From Opitutales bacterium (lineage in GTDB: Bacteria; Verrucomicrobiota; Verrucomicrobiia; Opitutales; Coraliomargaritaceae), in contig JBMYVL010000006.1 in NCBI GenBank assembly GCA_049606355.1, forward strand, positions 96,514-128,513: DNA of 32,000 nucleotides. The letters run 5' to 3'. The notes below the pieces were generated by a model that had not been told where the DNA came from, made no database searches, and saw nothing but the letters and a program-made list of their open reading frames with translations. Positions 9,741 through 19,863 of this stretch are shown here, piece after piece. A program made the position numbers and the translations under genes. Numbering within the stretch: position 1 is the stretch's first letter; each line of letters begins with the position of its first letter.

Positions 9741-11359
9741 TGTAGGTCGACTGCTTGGTAAGGGTGAATATCCAGGATGCTGGGGTACCAGCCTTGCACG
9801 GAGGGGTGGATTAAGCGACTGGTGACATAAAAATAAATAGGGATGACCGGCATCGCTTCGATCAAGATCTGTTCGGCACGTTGAAAGAGCAGGTGGCGTG
9901 CTGCGGGGTCTTGGGTGTGCGCGGCTTGCTGTAGTAAGGCATCATATTCGGCGTTGCTCCATTGGGTATGGTTGTTGCCGTTGTCGGATTCCCCGAGACT
10001 CAGGAAGGTATTCGGATCGTCGTAGTCGCCAAACCATGCGGCGCGTAGGAGGTCGAACTCGCCGGCTTCACGTGTGGACAGATACGCCTTCCATTCCTGA
10101 TTGTGTAATTCGATGTCAATCCCGAGCTCGGTCTTCCACATTTGCTGGATGGCCACCGCGATCGTGCGGTGGGATTCACTGGTATTGTAGAGTAACTCAA
10201 AGGTGGGGAAGCCGGCGCCATTCGGGTAGCCGGCTTCGGCAAGTAATTGCCGCGCGCGCTCGGGATCGTAGGCGAAGCGTGCTTGCGCTTGATAGCCGCC
10301 GGTATTTGGCGGCGTGAAATGATAGGCAGGTGTTTGCCCGGCCCGCAGGATGTGCTCGGTGATTTGCTCGCGATGAATCGCATAGGCCAAGGCCTGCCGT
10401 ACCTTTGGATTATCCAAGGGAGGGCGCGCAGTATTGAGCATGTAATAATAGACCCCGAGTGCGGTATCGAAACGCAGGCATTCGGGCCGATGTTTGCGAT
10501 ACCAATCAATCCGATGCACGGGGACTGTACTGGTGAGGTGGAGCTGCCCGCTGCGGAAGGCGCGCTCTTCGGTTTCAGCTTCGATCGGCAAAAAATGAAG
10601 TCCGTTGAGTCGGACCGTCTCTGCCTGCCGGTAGTACGGGTTACGGGTGACGTGGATCTGGCTATTCAATCGCCAGTCTTTCAATTGATAGGGCCCATTG
10701 CCGACGAAATGCCCCGCCTTGGTCCACTTGGAGATGCGGTCGGTCATGGCGCCATACTTCAAGACCGTTGGCGGGTGGACGGGCCACCAGGTATTATGCG
10801 TCATGAGGTTGAGCAAATAAGGCGTCGGCGCTTCCAGATCGATCACCAGCGTCCTTGGGCTGGGCGCTGCGAGCCCGACTTGAGCGAAGTCGCTCAGCTC
10901 ACCACTGTGGAAGGCTTTGGCACCACGGATCGGGTACAGCATATAGGCATAGGGCGCACCCAGTGCCGGTGAGAGGATGCGCTCGAAGGAAAACAGGAAG
11001 TCCTGCGCGGTGACTGGATCGCCATTCGACCAGCGCGCTTGCGGGTCCAAATAGAGGGTATAGCGCAGCCCGTCCGGCGAGATGTCCCACGACTTGGCAA
11101 CGCCGGGCTCGACCGCCATGGTGACCGGATTGAGCGTGGTCAGCCCTTCGAGCATCGAGAGGAGTACCGAATACTCGGTTAGGCCCGTGGTGATGTGTGG
11201 GTCCAGTGCGGCGGGTTCGGCACCGATCCCGATATACAGTTCGCGATCGCGCGCGCCCCGCTCGACATTTGTCTGTTGTGGGCCACATCCGCAGAGCAGG
11301 AGCACGGCGCACAAGGCAGTACTGGGTAGGAGGCAGCTCAAGGATCGATTCGGGCGCAT
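9737..11359 (-). CDS. ABC transporter substrate-binding lipoprotein, family 5 (peptide/nickel)
   Basis: 540 aa with a signal peptide and lipobox-like LLLCGC. The family-5 SBP layout is recognisable (e.g. ...W.NGDPVTAQDF.FS..R). Confidence 0.82.
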   Translation of the reverse strand: MRPNRSLSCLLPSTALCAVLLLCGCGPQQTNVERGARDRELYIGIGAEPAALDPHITTGLTEYSVLLSMLEGLTTLNPVTMAVEPGVAKSWDISPDGLRYTLYLDPQARWSNGDPVTAQDFLFSFERILSPALGAPYAYMLYPIRGAKAFHSGELSDFAQVGLAAPSPRTLVIDLEAPTPYLLNLMTHNTWWPVHPPTVLKYGAMTDRISKWTKAGHFVGNGPYQLKDWRLNSQIHVTRNPYYRQAETVRLNGLHFLPIEAETEERAFRSGQLHLTSTVPVHRIDWYRKHRPECLRFDTALGVYYYMLNTARPPLDNPKVRQALAYAIHREQITEHILRAGQTPAYHFTPPNTGGYQAQARFAYDPERARQLLAEAGYPNGAGFPTFELLYNTSESHRTIAVAIQQMWKTELGIDIELHNQEWKAYLSTREAGEFDLLRAAWFGDYDDPNTFLSLGESDNGNNHTQWSNAEYDALLQQAAHTQDPAARHLLFQRAEQILIEAMPVIPIYFYVTSRLIHPSVQGWYPSILDIHPYQAVDLQ

Positions 11360-11411
11360 TATCGCCCTAAGCGCTACCGTTGCGGCCGCTTGGGTGCAAG
11401 GTGATTTGCCG

Positions 11412-12863
11412 CTAAAGTAGTGGGGAGACCAAGTGCACCAAGCGTTCGATCACTTTATTGGGCTGCAAGGAGGTGCTGCGCTGTGCCTCCTCGTAAGTCA
11501 TACTGTCGGCGCTGATTTGCTCTGCCCAGCGCGCAAGGCTTGCGATGTCATCCGGACTGTAGTGCAGCAAGCCGATCTCAAAATTTACAAACAGCGAGCG
11601 CATGTCGATATTGGCAGAGCCAACCAGCGCCACGCGCTGATCGGCGATAATCAATTTCGCGTGCAGCATACGCGGGTGGTAGAATAAAATTTCGACACCG
11701 GCGGCAGCAAGTTGGCGCAAGTAGGTGTGGCGGGCGATGTCGGTGAGCGGATGGTTCGAGCGCAGCGGCACTACCAGTCGAATGCGCCGGCCGGTATGTG
11801 CTTTTACCAGTAGCGACTGAAAGAGGACTTCGTCGGGCACAAAATAGGGAGTTATAATGGTGAGGCTTTGTTGAAATTCTTGGACGATGCGTATGAGCGC
11901 CTCCCAGAGCGGCTCGTCTTCGACATCCGGACCGCTGGCAATGACTTCGACGCTGCTTTCGCCCACCGGGTCCGGTTGGTAGCAGAGTGCCGAGTGAAAG
12001 GCCTGCACCGGCTGGCGACTGGCAAAGGCCCAGTCGGAGATAAAGGTGCGCGTGAGTGCTGCCACCGCAGGCCCTTGTGTGATCACATTGAAATCAACGA
12101 AGCGTTGCGGGTCGCAGGCGGCACCCATGAAGCGGATATCGATATTTTGCCCGCCGGAAATCGCCAACCGGTGATCGAAAATCGCCAGCTTGCGATGATT
12201 GCGCAGATTTGCCGAGAAGTGCGGTTGGAGCGGCAGTACCGGCATAAACATGGCGACTTCGCCACCGGCCTGACGCAGGCGGCGACGCAGCGTGCGCGTG
12301 CTATTCCAGCATCCCAGAGAGTCGAGCAGTAAGCGCACACGGACCCCTTCGCGGGCGCGGCGGGCGAGGCGCTCCACGATCGCCAGACCGGTGGCATCTT
12401 TGCTTAGGATAAAGGTCGCCATGTGGATGGTGTGCTGCGCGTTTTCGATGCACTCACACAGCCGCGCAAAGCCATGCTCCCCATCCGGCAGTAACTCAAA
12501 GTGATTGCCATGGGTCGGGGCTGCGCTCGTACCCACGCAGTGGTCTGCCTGCGCCAATGCCTCCGGCGCGGTCAGCGCGCGCGCTTCCGCCGTAACCTGC
12601 CGCTTGATTCGTGTGATACGGCTGCTTTTGCGCCCGCCGAATAAAAGGTAGAGCGGGACGCCCAGCAGCGGTGCGAAGACAATCAGTAGCAGCCAAGCGA
12701 AGAAATTACTGGGGGTGCGCTTTTCGCTGAAGATGCGCCGCACGATCACCAATGCCAGTACCAAGATGCCGACCGTGGTTAGGTTCGTCAGCACAAAGCG
12801 ATACGCGGGTTCCCACCACGAGGCACTCGTGGTCAGCAGCAGCTGAAGGGTGCATTCGACCAT
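11412..12863 (-). CDS. cls: Cardiolipin synthase (PLD superfamily)
   Basis: 483 aa with two N-terminal TM helices and two HKD motifs (HRKLAIFDHRLAISGGQNID and HAKLIIADQRVALVGSANID). Confidence 0.88.
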   Translation of the reverse strand: MVECTLQLLLTTSASWWEPAYRFVLTNLTTVGILVLALVIVRRIFSEKRTPSNFFAWLLLIVFAPLLGVPLYLLFGGRKSSRITRIKRQVTAEARALTAPEALAQADHCVGTSAAPTHGNHFELLPDGEHGFARLCECIENAQHTIHMATFILSKDATGLAIVERLARRAREGVRVRLLLDSLGCWNSTRTLRRRLRQAGGEVAMFMPVLPLQPHFSANLRNHRKLAIFDHRLAISGGQNIDIRFMGAACDPQRFVDFNVITQGPAVAALTRTFISDWAFASRQPVQAFHSALCYQPDPVGESSVEVIASGPDVEDEPLWEALIRIVQEFQQSLTIITPYFVPDEVLFQSLLVKAHTGRRIRLVVPLRSNHPLTDIARHTYLRQLAAAGVEILFYHPRMLHAKLIIADQRVALVGSANIDMRSLFVNFEIGLLHYSPDDIASLARWAEQISADSMTYEEAQRSTSLQPNKVIERLVHLVSPLL

Positions 12864-12999
12864 GGAGTCAGATTAATCATCGCAGGCGTTGATATCGAGA
12901 ACTTTAACGCGGGCGGCGGCTTCGCGAATTCCGGATTGCCCCCTGCGTCGTAGCTGCTTGACTGCAGCACGTCGGCACCACGCCGCTCACACATCCATT

Positions 13000-13770
<771 letters not shown>

Positions 13771-13850
13771 TTACACCCGCCGGAGTACCCGCGTAGCGAT
13801 GCGCGCGTCGCCGTGCTTGCCGCCACCCCGGATTCTTGCTAGGCTGTGGC

Positions 13851-14654
13851 ATGTCCGCTCCTCGAAAGCTGCGCCTGATGACCCTTAACATTGCGCATGG
13901 GCGCGGGCTATCCACCTATCAGGGCTTCCACCGGGCCGCGGGTATTGAGCGCAACTTGCGCAAGATCGCCTCCTTGCTCCAGCAGCAGCGCCCGGATGTC
14001 GTGGCACTACAGGAAGTCGATGCCGACTCGCATTGGAACCGGCGGATCCACTTGCTCGATTTTCTCAAAGCGGCGGCGCAGTATCCACACAGTTTTCTGG
14101 GGATTCACAATCGCCGACACGGGCGCTGGCCATTGGCTTACGGCAATGGCGTCCTGTCGCACCATGCGATCGCGCGCGTCGACCAGCGGGCATTCGGAAC
14201 TGCCGTGTTGGGCGAGAAGGGCTTTCTTTATACAGAACTACGGCTGCCAAGTGGCCAGTTGCCAATCATCAATCTCCACCTCGATTTTCGTTCGCGCCAG
14301 CGACGCATCCGGCAAGTAGAGCAGCTCATCGATTACCTGGAGGCGCGCCCGCAAGCAGAGGCCGCGCCGCCCTTTCTGCCACCGATTATCTGCGGTGACT
14401 TTAACAGTCGGCGCACGTGCAGGCGCGATGCGGTTCGCCATCTATGGCACTACCTCTTACAAACGCACGCTTATCAACTGCTGCCCAGCGGTGGTAAAAC
14501 CTTTCCATCGCTGCTGCCCCTGCAGGGTCTCGATTTCATTTTTGTGCCTCCGAGCTATCGGGTGACGCGCTGCGAAGTCTTGCGCTGCTATGTAAGCGAT
14601 CACCGTCCGGTCGTGGTGGATTTACAGCTGGCGGCTTCGGACAGCATGGGCTGA
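13851..14654 (+). CDS. Endonuclease/exonuclease/phosphatase (EEP) family hydrolase
   Basis: LMTLNIAHG, VVALQEVD, ICGDFNS and SDHRPVVVDL are the EEP catalytic motifs in their usual order. I prefer ATG 13851 over TTG 13836. Confidence 0.8.
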   Translation: MSAPRKLRLMTLNIAHGRGLSTYQGFHRAAGIERNLRKIASLLQQQRPDVVALQEVDADSHWNRRIHLLDFLKAAAQYPHSFLGIHNRRHGRWPLAYGNGVLSHHAIARVDQRAFGTAVLGEKGFLYTELRLPSGQLPIINLHLDFRSRQRRIRQVEQLIDYLEARPQAEAAPPFLPPIICGDFNSRRTCRRDAVRHLWHYLLQTHAYQLLPSGGKTFPSLLPLQGLDFIFVPPSYRVTRCEVLRCYVSDHRPVVVDLQLAASDSMG

Positions 14655-14714
14655 CTGCCGCACCCTTCGATTCGAAGGTCGACTTGTGCGGGCGACCGCT
14701 GGATAGTGCCGCGC

Positions 14715-15158
14715 ATGTACCGCTATACCCTGATTGTCGTTGGCAAGATGAAGAACCGTGCCTTGGCGGAGTTGTGTGCGGACTATCTCAAGCGCCTACA
14801 GCGGCAGGGTCATTGTGAGCTGGTCGAATTAAAGGACGGGTCGGTCGAAACCGAAGGGCAGCGCATTCTCGAAGCCATTGCCAAGCGCCGCGATGCGCGG
14901 GTGTACGCCTTGGCGGAGGAAGGGCAGGGCTATACCTCGGCTGCGCTGGCCGCTGAACTGCAGGCGTTGCAGGGGCGCCCGGCAGCGTTTGTCATTGGTG
15001 GTGCCTATGGTCTGAGCGCCGCGGTCAAGGCGCGCGCGGATCGCTGCCTCGCACTCTCAGAGATGACCTTGACGCATGAAATGGCGCGCTTGCTCCTTAG
15101 CGAGCAACTCTACCGTACGGTCGCGATTAACAGCGGCTCGGCCTACCATCACAGTTAA
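14715..15158 (+). CDS. rlmH: 23S rRNA (pseudouridine1915-N3)-methyltransferase RlmH (SPOUT)
   Basis: ~147 aa, YRYTLIVVGKMK...FVIGGAYGLS...LSEMTLTHEMARLLLSEQLYR; typical RlmH length and C-terminal knot motif. I prefer ATG 14715 over GTG 14706. Confidence 0.85.
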   Translation: MYRYTLIVVGKMKNRALAELCADYLKRLQRQGHCELVELKDGSVETEGQRILEAIAKRRDARVYALAEEGQGYTSAALAAELQALQGRPAAFVIGGAYGLSAAVKARADRCLALSEMTLTHEMARLLLSEQLYRTVAINSGSAYHHS

Positions 15159-15162
15159 AGGA

Positions 15163-15238
<76 letters not shown>

Positions 15239-15304
15239 TTAACGGAAGAGGTGAATGTGGAAGGCAACGGGTCTGCGTCAATAGAAAAGCGGTGGCGCAG
15301 CGCC

Positions 15305-15335
15305 AAAAAAAACGCCGCTCCAGAGCGGAGCGGCG
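15305..15335 (-). terminator. Rho-independent terminator downstream of glnII
   Basis: On the minus strand, a 9-bp stem (15335-15327 pairing with 15321-15313, CGCCGCTCC/GGAGCGGCG) with a 5-nt loop is followed by T8 (plus-strand A8 at 15305-15312). It lies ~39 nt after the stop codon. Confidence 0.75.
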
Positions 15336-15373
15336 TGGTTGAAATCGTTGAAGCGAGTTTGGCGCTCGCGCGC

Positions 15374-16408
<1,035 letters not shown>

Positions 16409-16498
16409 TGTACGGGTTGTTGTGTCGATTTGTGACTGTGAAAGGTCTTTGTGACGCCGATGCAGAAATACCGGACGTGTAGGACAAGCAAGCGTTTA

Positions 16499-16513
16499 GC
16501 AAAATGCATGCCA
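16499..16513 (-). promoter_or_regulatory. Candidate sigma-54 (-24/-12) promoter for glnII
   Basis: The minus strand reads TGGCATGCATTTTGC. GG and GC have exactly the spacing of the TGGCAC-N5-TTGC consensus. The -12 element lies 93 nt upstream of the glnII ATG. Confidence 0.55.
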
Positions 16514-16643
16514 TAGATTTCTCGCAAGGATTATTTGTTTTTTTTGACCATTTTCTGCCGAATCCGCCGCGGCGGCTCCAGCTCGGTGCTTTTTCGTGCA
16601 CCTGTCTTGCCTTCGCCGCGGCAATCCTCCAGTGTGCGGAACT

Positions 16644-17102
16644 ATGCAGGAGGCAAAAAATACCGCCCGAGCCCTGGTGCGCATCGGCTTTGATGGTCGG
16701 GTCCACAAGTATTTCAAGGGGCCGCAGGCAGGTGAGCGCTATGCCAACGAACTGCGGGTGCTGCGCTATCTCGAGCAGAAAGGCTGTGCCTTTGTGCCGC
16801 ATTTGATCAGTAGCGACGACGCCAAGCTGTATTTGGTGACCTCCAATGCGGGCCAACGGGTCGAGCATGTCAGCGCGGCGAAATGTGAACAGATGTTTGC
16901 ACAATTAGAGCGCTACGGGGTACGCCATGAGGATGCTGAGCTCCGTAATATTACGTACAACGAACAGCAGGGGCAGTTTAATATCATTGATTTTGAATAC
17001 GCGACGATTCTGGAGCCGGGCTACCCGCCCTCGCCGGAAATGAAATCCGTCGCTGACCGCGGCCAGTGGCAGGAGCCACCGACAAGTACTGAACGACGAT
17101 GA
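16644..17102 (+). CDS. Minimal protein-kinase-like fold protein (~152 aa; Bud32/RIO/choline-kinase-like catalytic core)
   Basis: Core elements appear in order: IGFDGRVHKYF (Gly-rich loop plus Lys), ANELRVLRYLE (helix C Glu), VRHEDAELRNITYN (H-x-D-x4-N catalytic loop) and FNIIDFEYA (DFG-equivalent). The stop overlaps the PP2C start (ATGA at 17099-17102). An alternative GTG start lies at 16596. Confidence 0.6.
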   Translation: MQEAKNTARALVRIGFDGRVHKYFKGPQAGERYANELRVLRYLEQKGCAFVPHLISSDDAKLYLVTSNAGQRVEHVSAAKCEQMFAQLERYGVRHEDAELRNITYNEQQGQFNIIDFEYATILEPGYPPSPEMKSVADRGQWQEPPTSTERR

Positions 17103-17926
17103 TGGCCGATTCCGACCCACCGACCCTACACTGGGCGGGATGTACCGATGTGGGACGTTTTCGCTCAAACAACGAAGACGCCTATCTGGCGCTGGCAGTC
17201 GACGGTGAGGGCGTCCGCCGCTTGGGTAAGTATGGCGACGCGGACCTACAGACCTGCGACTACGTGGTGGCAGTCAGCGATGGCATGGGGGGCGCGAATG
17301 CGGGAGAATTTGCCAGTCAGGTGGCAGTCGATAAAATCACGAGCTTGTTTCCACGTTCGTTTCGCAGCGCTGCAGGGGGCCTGCAGATCGGCTTTCAGGA
17401 TATCCTGACGCAGTTGTTTGCCGAGATCCACGCGGAGCTGCAGCACCTGGGGCAAAGCTATGAGGAGTTGTCCGGTATGGGTGCGACACTGAGTCTGTGC
17501 TGGGTGCGCCCCGGATGGCTCTACTTCTGCCATGTGGGGGATAGTCGCATTTATCACTTCCCCGCGAAGGGGACGCTGCAGCAACTCACCCAGGATCACA
17601 CCCACGTCGGGTGGCAATACGCGCAGGGGCAGCTCAATGAGCGTCAAGCGCGCGAGCATCCGGGGCGTAATGCCCTGCAGCAGGCGCTGGGCGGCAAGAC
17701 TCAAGTCCTCAATCCCTGTCTGGGTGCGGTGGCGTATGAGCCGGGTGATCAGTTTTTGCTGTGCACCGATGGGCTGGTCGAGGGCCTGTGGGACCGCGGT
17801 ATGGCACGTATTTTAAGCACCGCGCCACCAGCGGGCGAGGGCACGGTGGCGGAGCGCTTGGTGCAGGAAGCAGTCGCGACCGACGGTCGGGATAACACGA
17901 CGGCACTGGTCCTGTCCTTTCGCTAG
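17099..17926 (+). CDS. PP2C-family Ser/Thr protein phosphatase
   Basis: 275 aa with RSNNEDAY, VAVSDGMGGANAGEFAS, GATLS, HVGDSRIY, LLCTDGL and DNTTALVL. Confidence 0.88.
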   Translation: MMADSDPPTLHWAGCTDVGRFRSNNEDAYLALAVDGEGVRRLGKYGDADLQTCDYVVAVSDGMGGANAGEFASQVAVDKITSLFPRSFRSAAGGLQIGFQDILTQLFAEIHAELQHLGQSYEELSGMGATLSLCWVRPGWLYFCHVGDSRIYHFPAKGTLQQLTQDHTHVGWQYAQGQLNERQAREHPGRNALQQALGGKTQVLNPCLGAVAYEPGDQFLLCTDGLVEGLWDRGMARILSTAPPAGEGTVAERLVQEAVATDGRDNTTALVLSFR

Positions 17927-17986
17927 CGGTACTCGCCGCCGCAGGCATGCTTTAAGCTGCGTTCGACTTGACTTTTCGCGCGGGTG

Positions 17987-18004
17987 ACTTTGATTAATCA
18001 AAGT
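17987..18004. promoter_or_regulatory. 18-bp perfect palindrome ACTTTGATTAATCAAAGT; candidate metalloregulator operator of the metal ABC operon
   Basis: 9+9 perfect inverted repeat ending 1 nt before ATG 18005. A TTGACT hexamer lies at 17968-17973, and a -10-like ATTAAT (17993-17998) sits at the palindrome centre. Confidence 0.5.
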
Positions 18005-18988
18005 ATGCAGTTTGGTTTATCACGATCCTTCGCCGCGCTCGCCCTCACGGCCCTCGCGCTGCTGTGCAGTTGTGAGCGCGCGCCTGCCCCGCAGCAAACA
18101 GCGACGCGCCCCGCCGATCACTACAAGGTGCTGTGTACCGTCGGGATGATCACGGATGTGGTGCGCAACCTGGCCGGCGATACCGCGGCAGTGGAGGGCC
18201 TCATTGGAGAGGGGATTGATCCGCACCTCTACAAGCCCACCCGCGGGGATGTGGTCAGGCTCGCGGCTGCCGACGTGGTCTTTTACAATGGCCTCTTGTT
18301 GGAAGGGAAGATGACCGATCTTTTTGCCGGGCTCGCGAGGGATGGGAAGCCGGTGCGGGCGGTGACTGAATCTATTTTGCAGGATGCGGCCTATCTGTTG
18401 GCTAAGGACGATGGCTCGGCACAGACCGATCCGCATGTGTGGATGGATGTGCAGGGCTGGATGCAAGCGGTACCGGTTCTGTGTGAGACGCTCAGCGCGT
18501 ATGCGCCGCAGCACGCCGCCAGCTATGCAGCCAACGCAGCGGCGTATCTGCAGGAACTCGCCGCACTCGACGCCTATGCGCGTGCGGCCCTGTCGACCAT
18601 CCCGGTGGCGCAACGGGTGTTGGTCACCGCGCATGACGCCTTTAACTACATGGGCCGTGCCTATGGAATCGAAGTGCGCGGGATTCAGGGGATGAGCACC
18701 GAGTCTGAAGCCGGCGTGCGCGATCTCGAGGCCTTGGTTGAGTGGATCGTCGCCAGGCAGATTCCCGCGGTGTTCGTGGAAAGTTCCGTGGCAGATAAAA
18801 ATGTGCGGGCACTCGTCGAAGGGGCGCGGGCGCGCGGTCACGAGGTTGTGATCGGCGGCGAGCTGTTCTCGGACGCGATGGGGGCCCCGGGCACGTACGA
18901 AGGCACCTATATTGGTATGATCGATCACAATGTAACTACCATTGCGAATGCCTTGGGGGGCAGCGCGGCGGGCTTCCGACAGAAATAG
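18005..18988 (+). CDS. Metal ABC transporter substrate-binding lipoprotein (ZnuA/TroA/MntC/YtgA family)
   Basis: Signal peptide with a Cys-containing lipobox-like LALLCSC. Also DPHLYKPT, DPHVWMD, and VTAHDAFNYMGRAYG...ES, typical of cluster A-I SBPs. An alternative GTG start lies at 17984. Confidence 0.85.
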   Translation: MQFGLSRSFAALALTALALLCSCERAPAPQQTATRPADHYKVLCTVGMITDVVRNLAGDTAAVEGLIGEGIDPHLYKPTRGDVVRLAAADVVFYNGLLLEGKMTDLFAGLARDGKPVRAVTESILQDAAYLLAKDDGSAQTDPHVWMDVQGWMQAVPVLCETLSAYAPQHAASYAANAAAYLQELAALDAYARAALSTIPVAQRVLVTAHDAFNYMGRAYGIEVRGIQGMSTESEAGVRDLEALVEWIVARQIPAVFVESSVADKNVRALVEGARARGHEVVIGGELFSDAMGAPGTYEGTYIGMIDHNVTTIANALGGSAAGFRQK

Positions 18989-19045
18989 GGGGCTTCCGAA
19001 ACTTCACCCACCCAGACAGCGCGATGGTGCACGCTTGAATCACTT

Positions 19046-19855
19046 ATGACTGCAACCGTTGAATCCGTACCGCAGGGCGCGTCACCCGCCGCCGCGGCAG
19101 AGCGCTACCCCTTGTCGGTGCGCGACCTCACCGTGGCTTATCACCGTAAGCCAGTCGTTTGGGATATCGACCTCGCGATACCCGAGGGCAAGTTAGTCGC
19201 GATCGTCGGACCCAACGGAGCCGGCAAAAGCACCTTGCTGAAGGCTTGCTTGGATTTGATACCGCGTACTTCGGGGGAGGTACAGGTCTATGGCCGGCCC
19301 TATGCAAAGGCGCGCCAACAGGTCGGCTATGTGCCACAACGCGAGAGTGTCGATTGGGATTTCCCTGTCAGCGCGCTCGATGTGGTGGCGATGGGTCTGT
19401 ACGGCCAGCTGGGCTGGTTTCGCCGGGTGAACAAGCGTGCGCGCGCCCTGGCGCTACAAGCACTCGATCGTGTCGGCTTGGCGGATTATGCCGATCGGCA
19501 GATTAGCCAGCTCTCCGGCGGCCAGCAGCAACGCACGTTCTTGGCTCGGGCGCTGGTACAGGATGCCGATGTTTATTTAATGGATGAGCCCTTTGCCGCA
19601 GTTGATGCCGCGACGGAACGCGCCATTGTCGAATTGCTCAAAGACTTCCAGCGCCGTGGCAAGACTTGTCTGGTGGTGCACCACGATTTGGCGACGGTGC
19701 CGCAGTATTTTGACTGGTCGGTCCTACTCAATATGCGTGTGGTGGCGCAGGGTCCGACGGATGTCGTGTTCACCGAAGCGAACTTGCGCAAGACCTATGG
19801 GGCGAAGCTCTCGCTGTTGAGCGAGGCCGCGGAGCAATTGATGCAAGCGCAGTAA
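19046..19855 (+). CDS. Metal ABC transporter ATP-binding protein (ZnuC/TroB/YtgB-like)
   Basis: Walker A GPNGAGKST, signature LSGGQQQR, Walker B VYLMDEP, H-loop VVHHD. Confidence 0.9.
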   Translation: MTATVESVPQGASPAAAAERYPLSVRDLTVAYHRKPVVWDIDLAIPEGKLVAIVGPNGAGKSTLLKACLDLIPRTSGEVQVYGRPYAKARQQVGYVPQRESVDWDFPVSALDVVAMGLYGQLGWFRRVNKRARALALQALDRVGLADYADRQISQLSGGQQQRTFLARALVQDADVYLMDEPFAAVDAATERAIVELLKDFQRRGKTCLVVHHDLATVPQYFDWSVLLNMRVVAQGPTDVVFTEANLRKTYGAKLSLLSEAAEQLMQAQ

Positions 19856-19863
19856 GTCATTCG

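Noticed and set aside
10247-10972. 241-aa plus-strand ORF inside the peptide-binding-protein gene (and similar internal ORFs at 8706-9293, 6308-6796, 24971-25399)
   Set aside because: All are nested in or antisense to well-supported genes, lack motifs, and have Arg/Pro/Gly-rich composition typical of non-coding frames in GC-rich DNA.
12889-12999. TTG-initiated 37-codon extension of the hypothetical protein
   Set aside because: The extension is Arg/Ala/Cys-rich and non-coding-like, and starts with TTG only 25 nt from the divergent cls start. ATG 13000 is more plausible. Not proven.
14664-14678. 15-nt palindrome CCTTCGATTCGAAGG between the EEP gene and rlmH
   Set aside because: It could form a short hairpin after the EEP stop, but no T-run follows and the loop would be minimal. 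This is insufficient for a terminator or operator call.
15253-15281. Possible promoter for tRNA-Ala (minus-strand TTGACG at 15281-15276)
   Set aside because: The -35 match is good, but no acceptable -10 hexamer lies at 16-18 nt spacing (the best is CACATT, 3/6 matches). Not supportable.
16590-16690. Possible NtrC-type enhancer half-sites (GTGCACC at ~16596, TGGTGCG at ~16675) upstream of the sigma-54 element
   Set aside because: These are isolated half-sites ~80 nt apart, not a TGCACC-N5-GGTGCA palindrome. Both fall in or next to the kinase-like ORF. This is too weak to call.
18020-18928. 302-aa ORF antisense to the metal-binding-protein gene
   Set aside because: Shadow ORF. It is Arg/His/Gly/Pro-rich with no family resemblance, and the plus-strand product has clear SBP motifs and a signal peptide.
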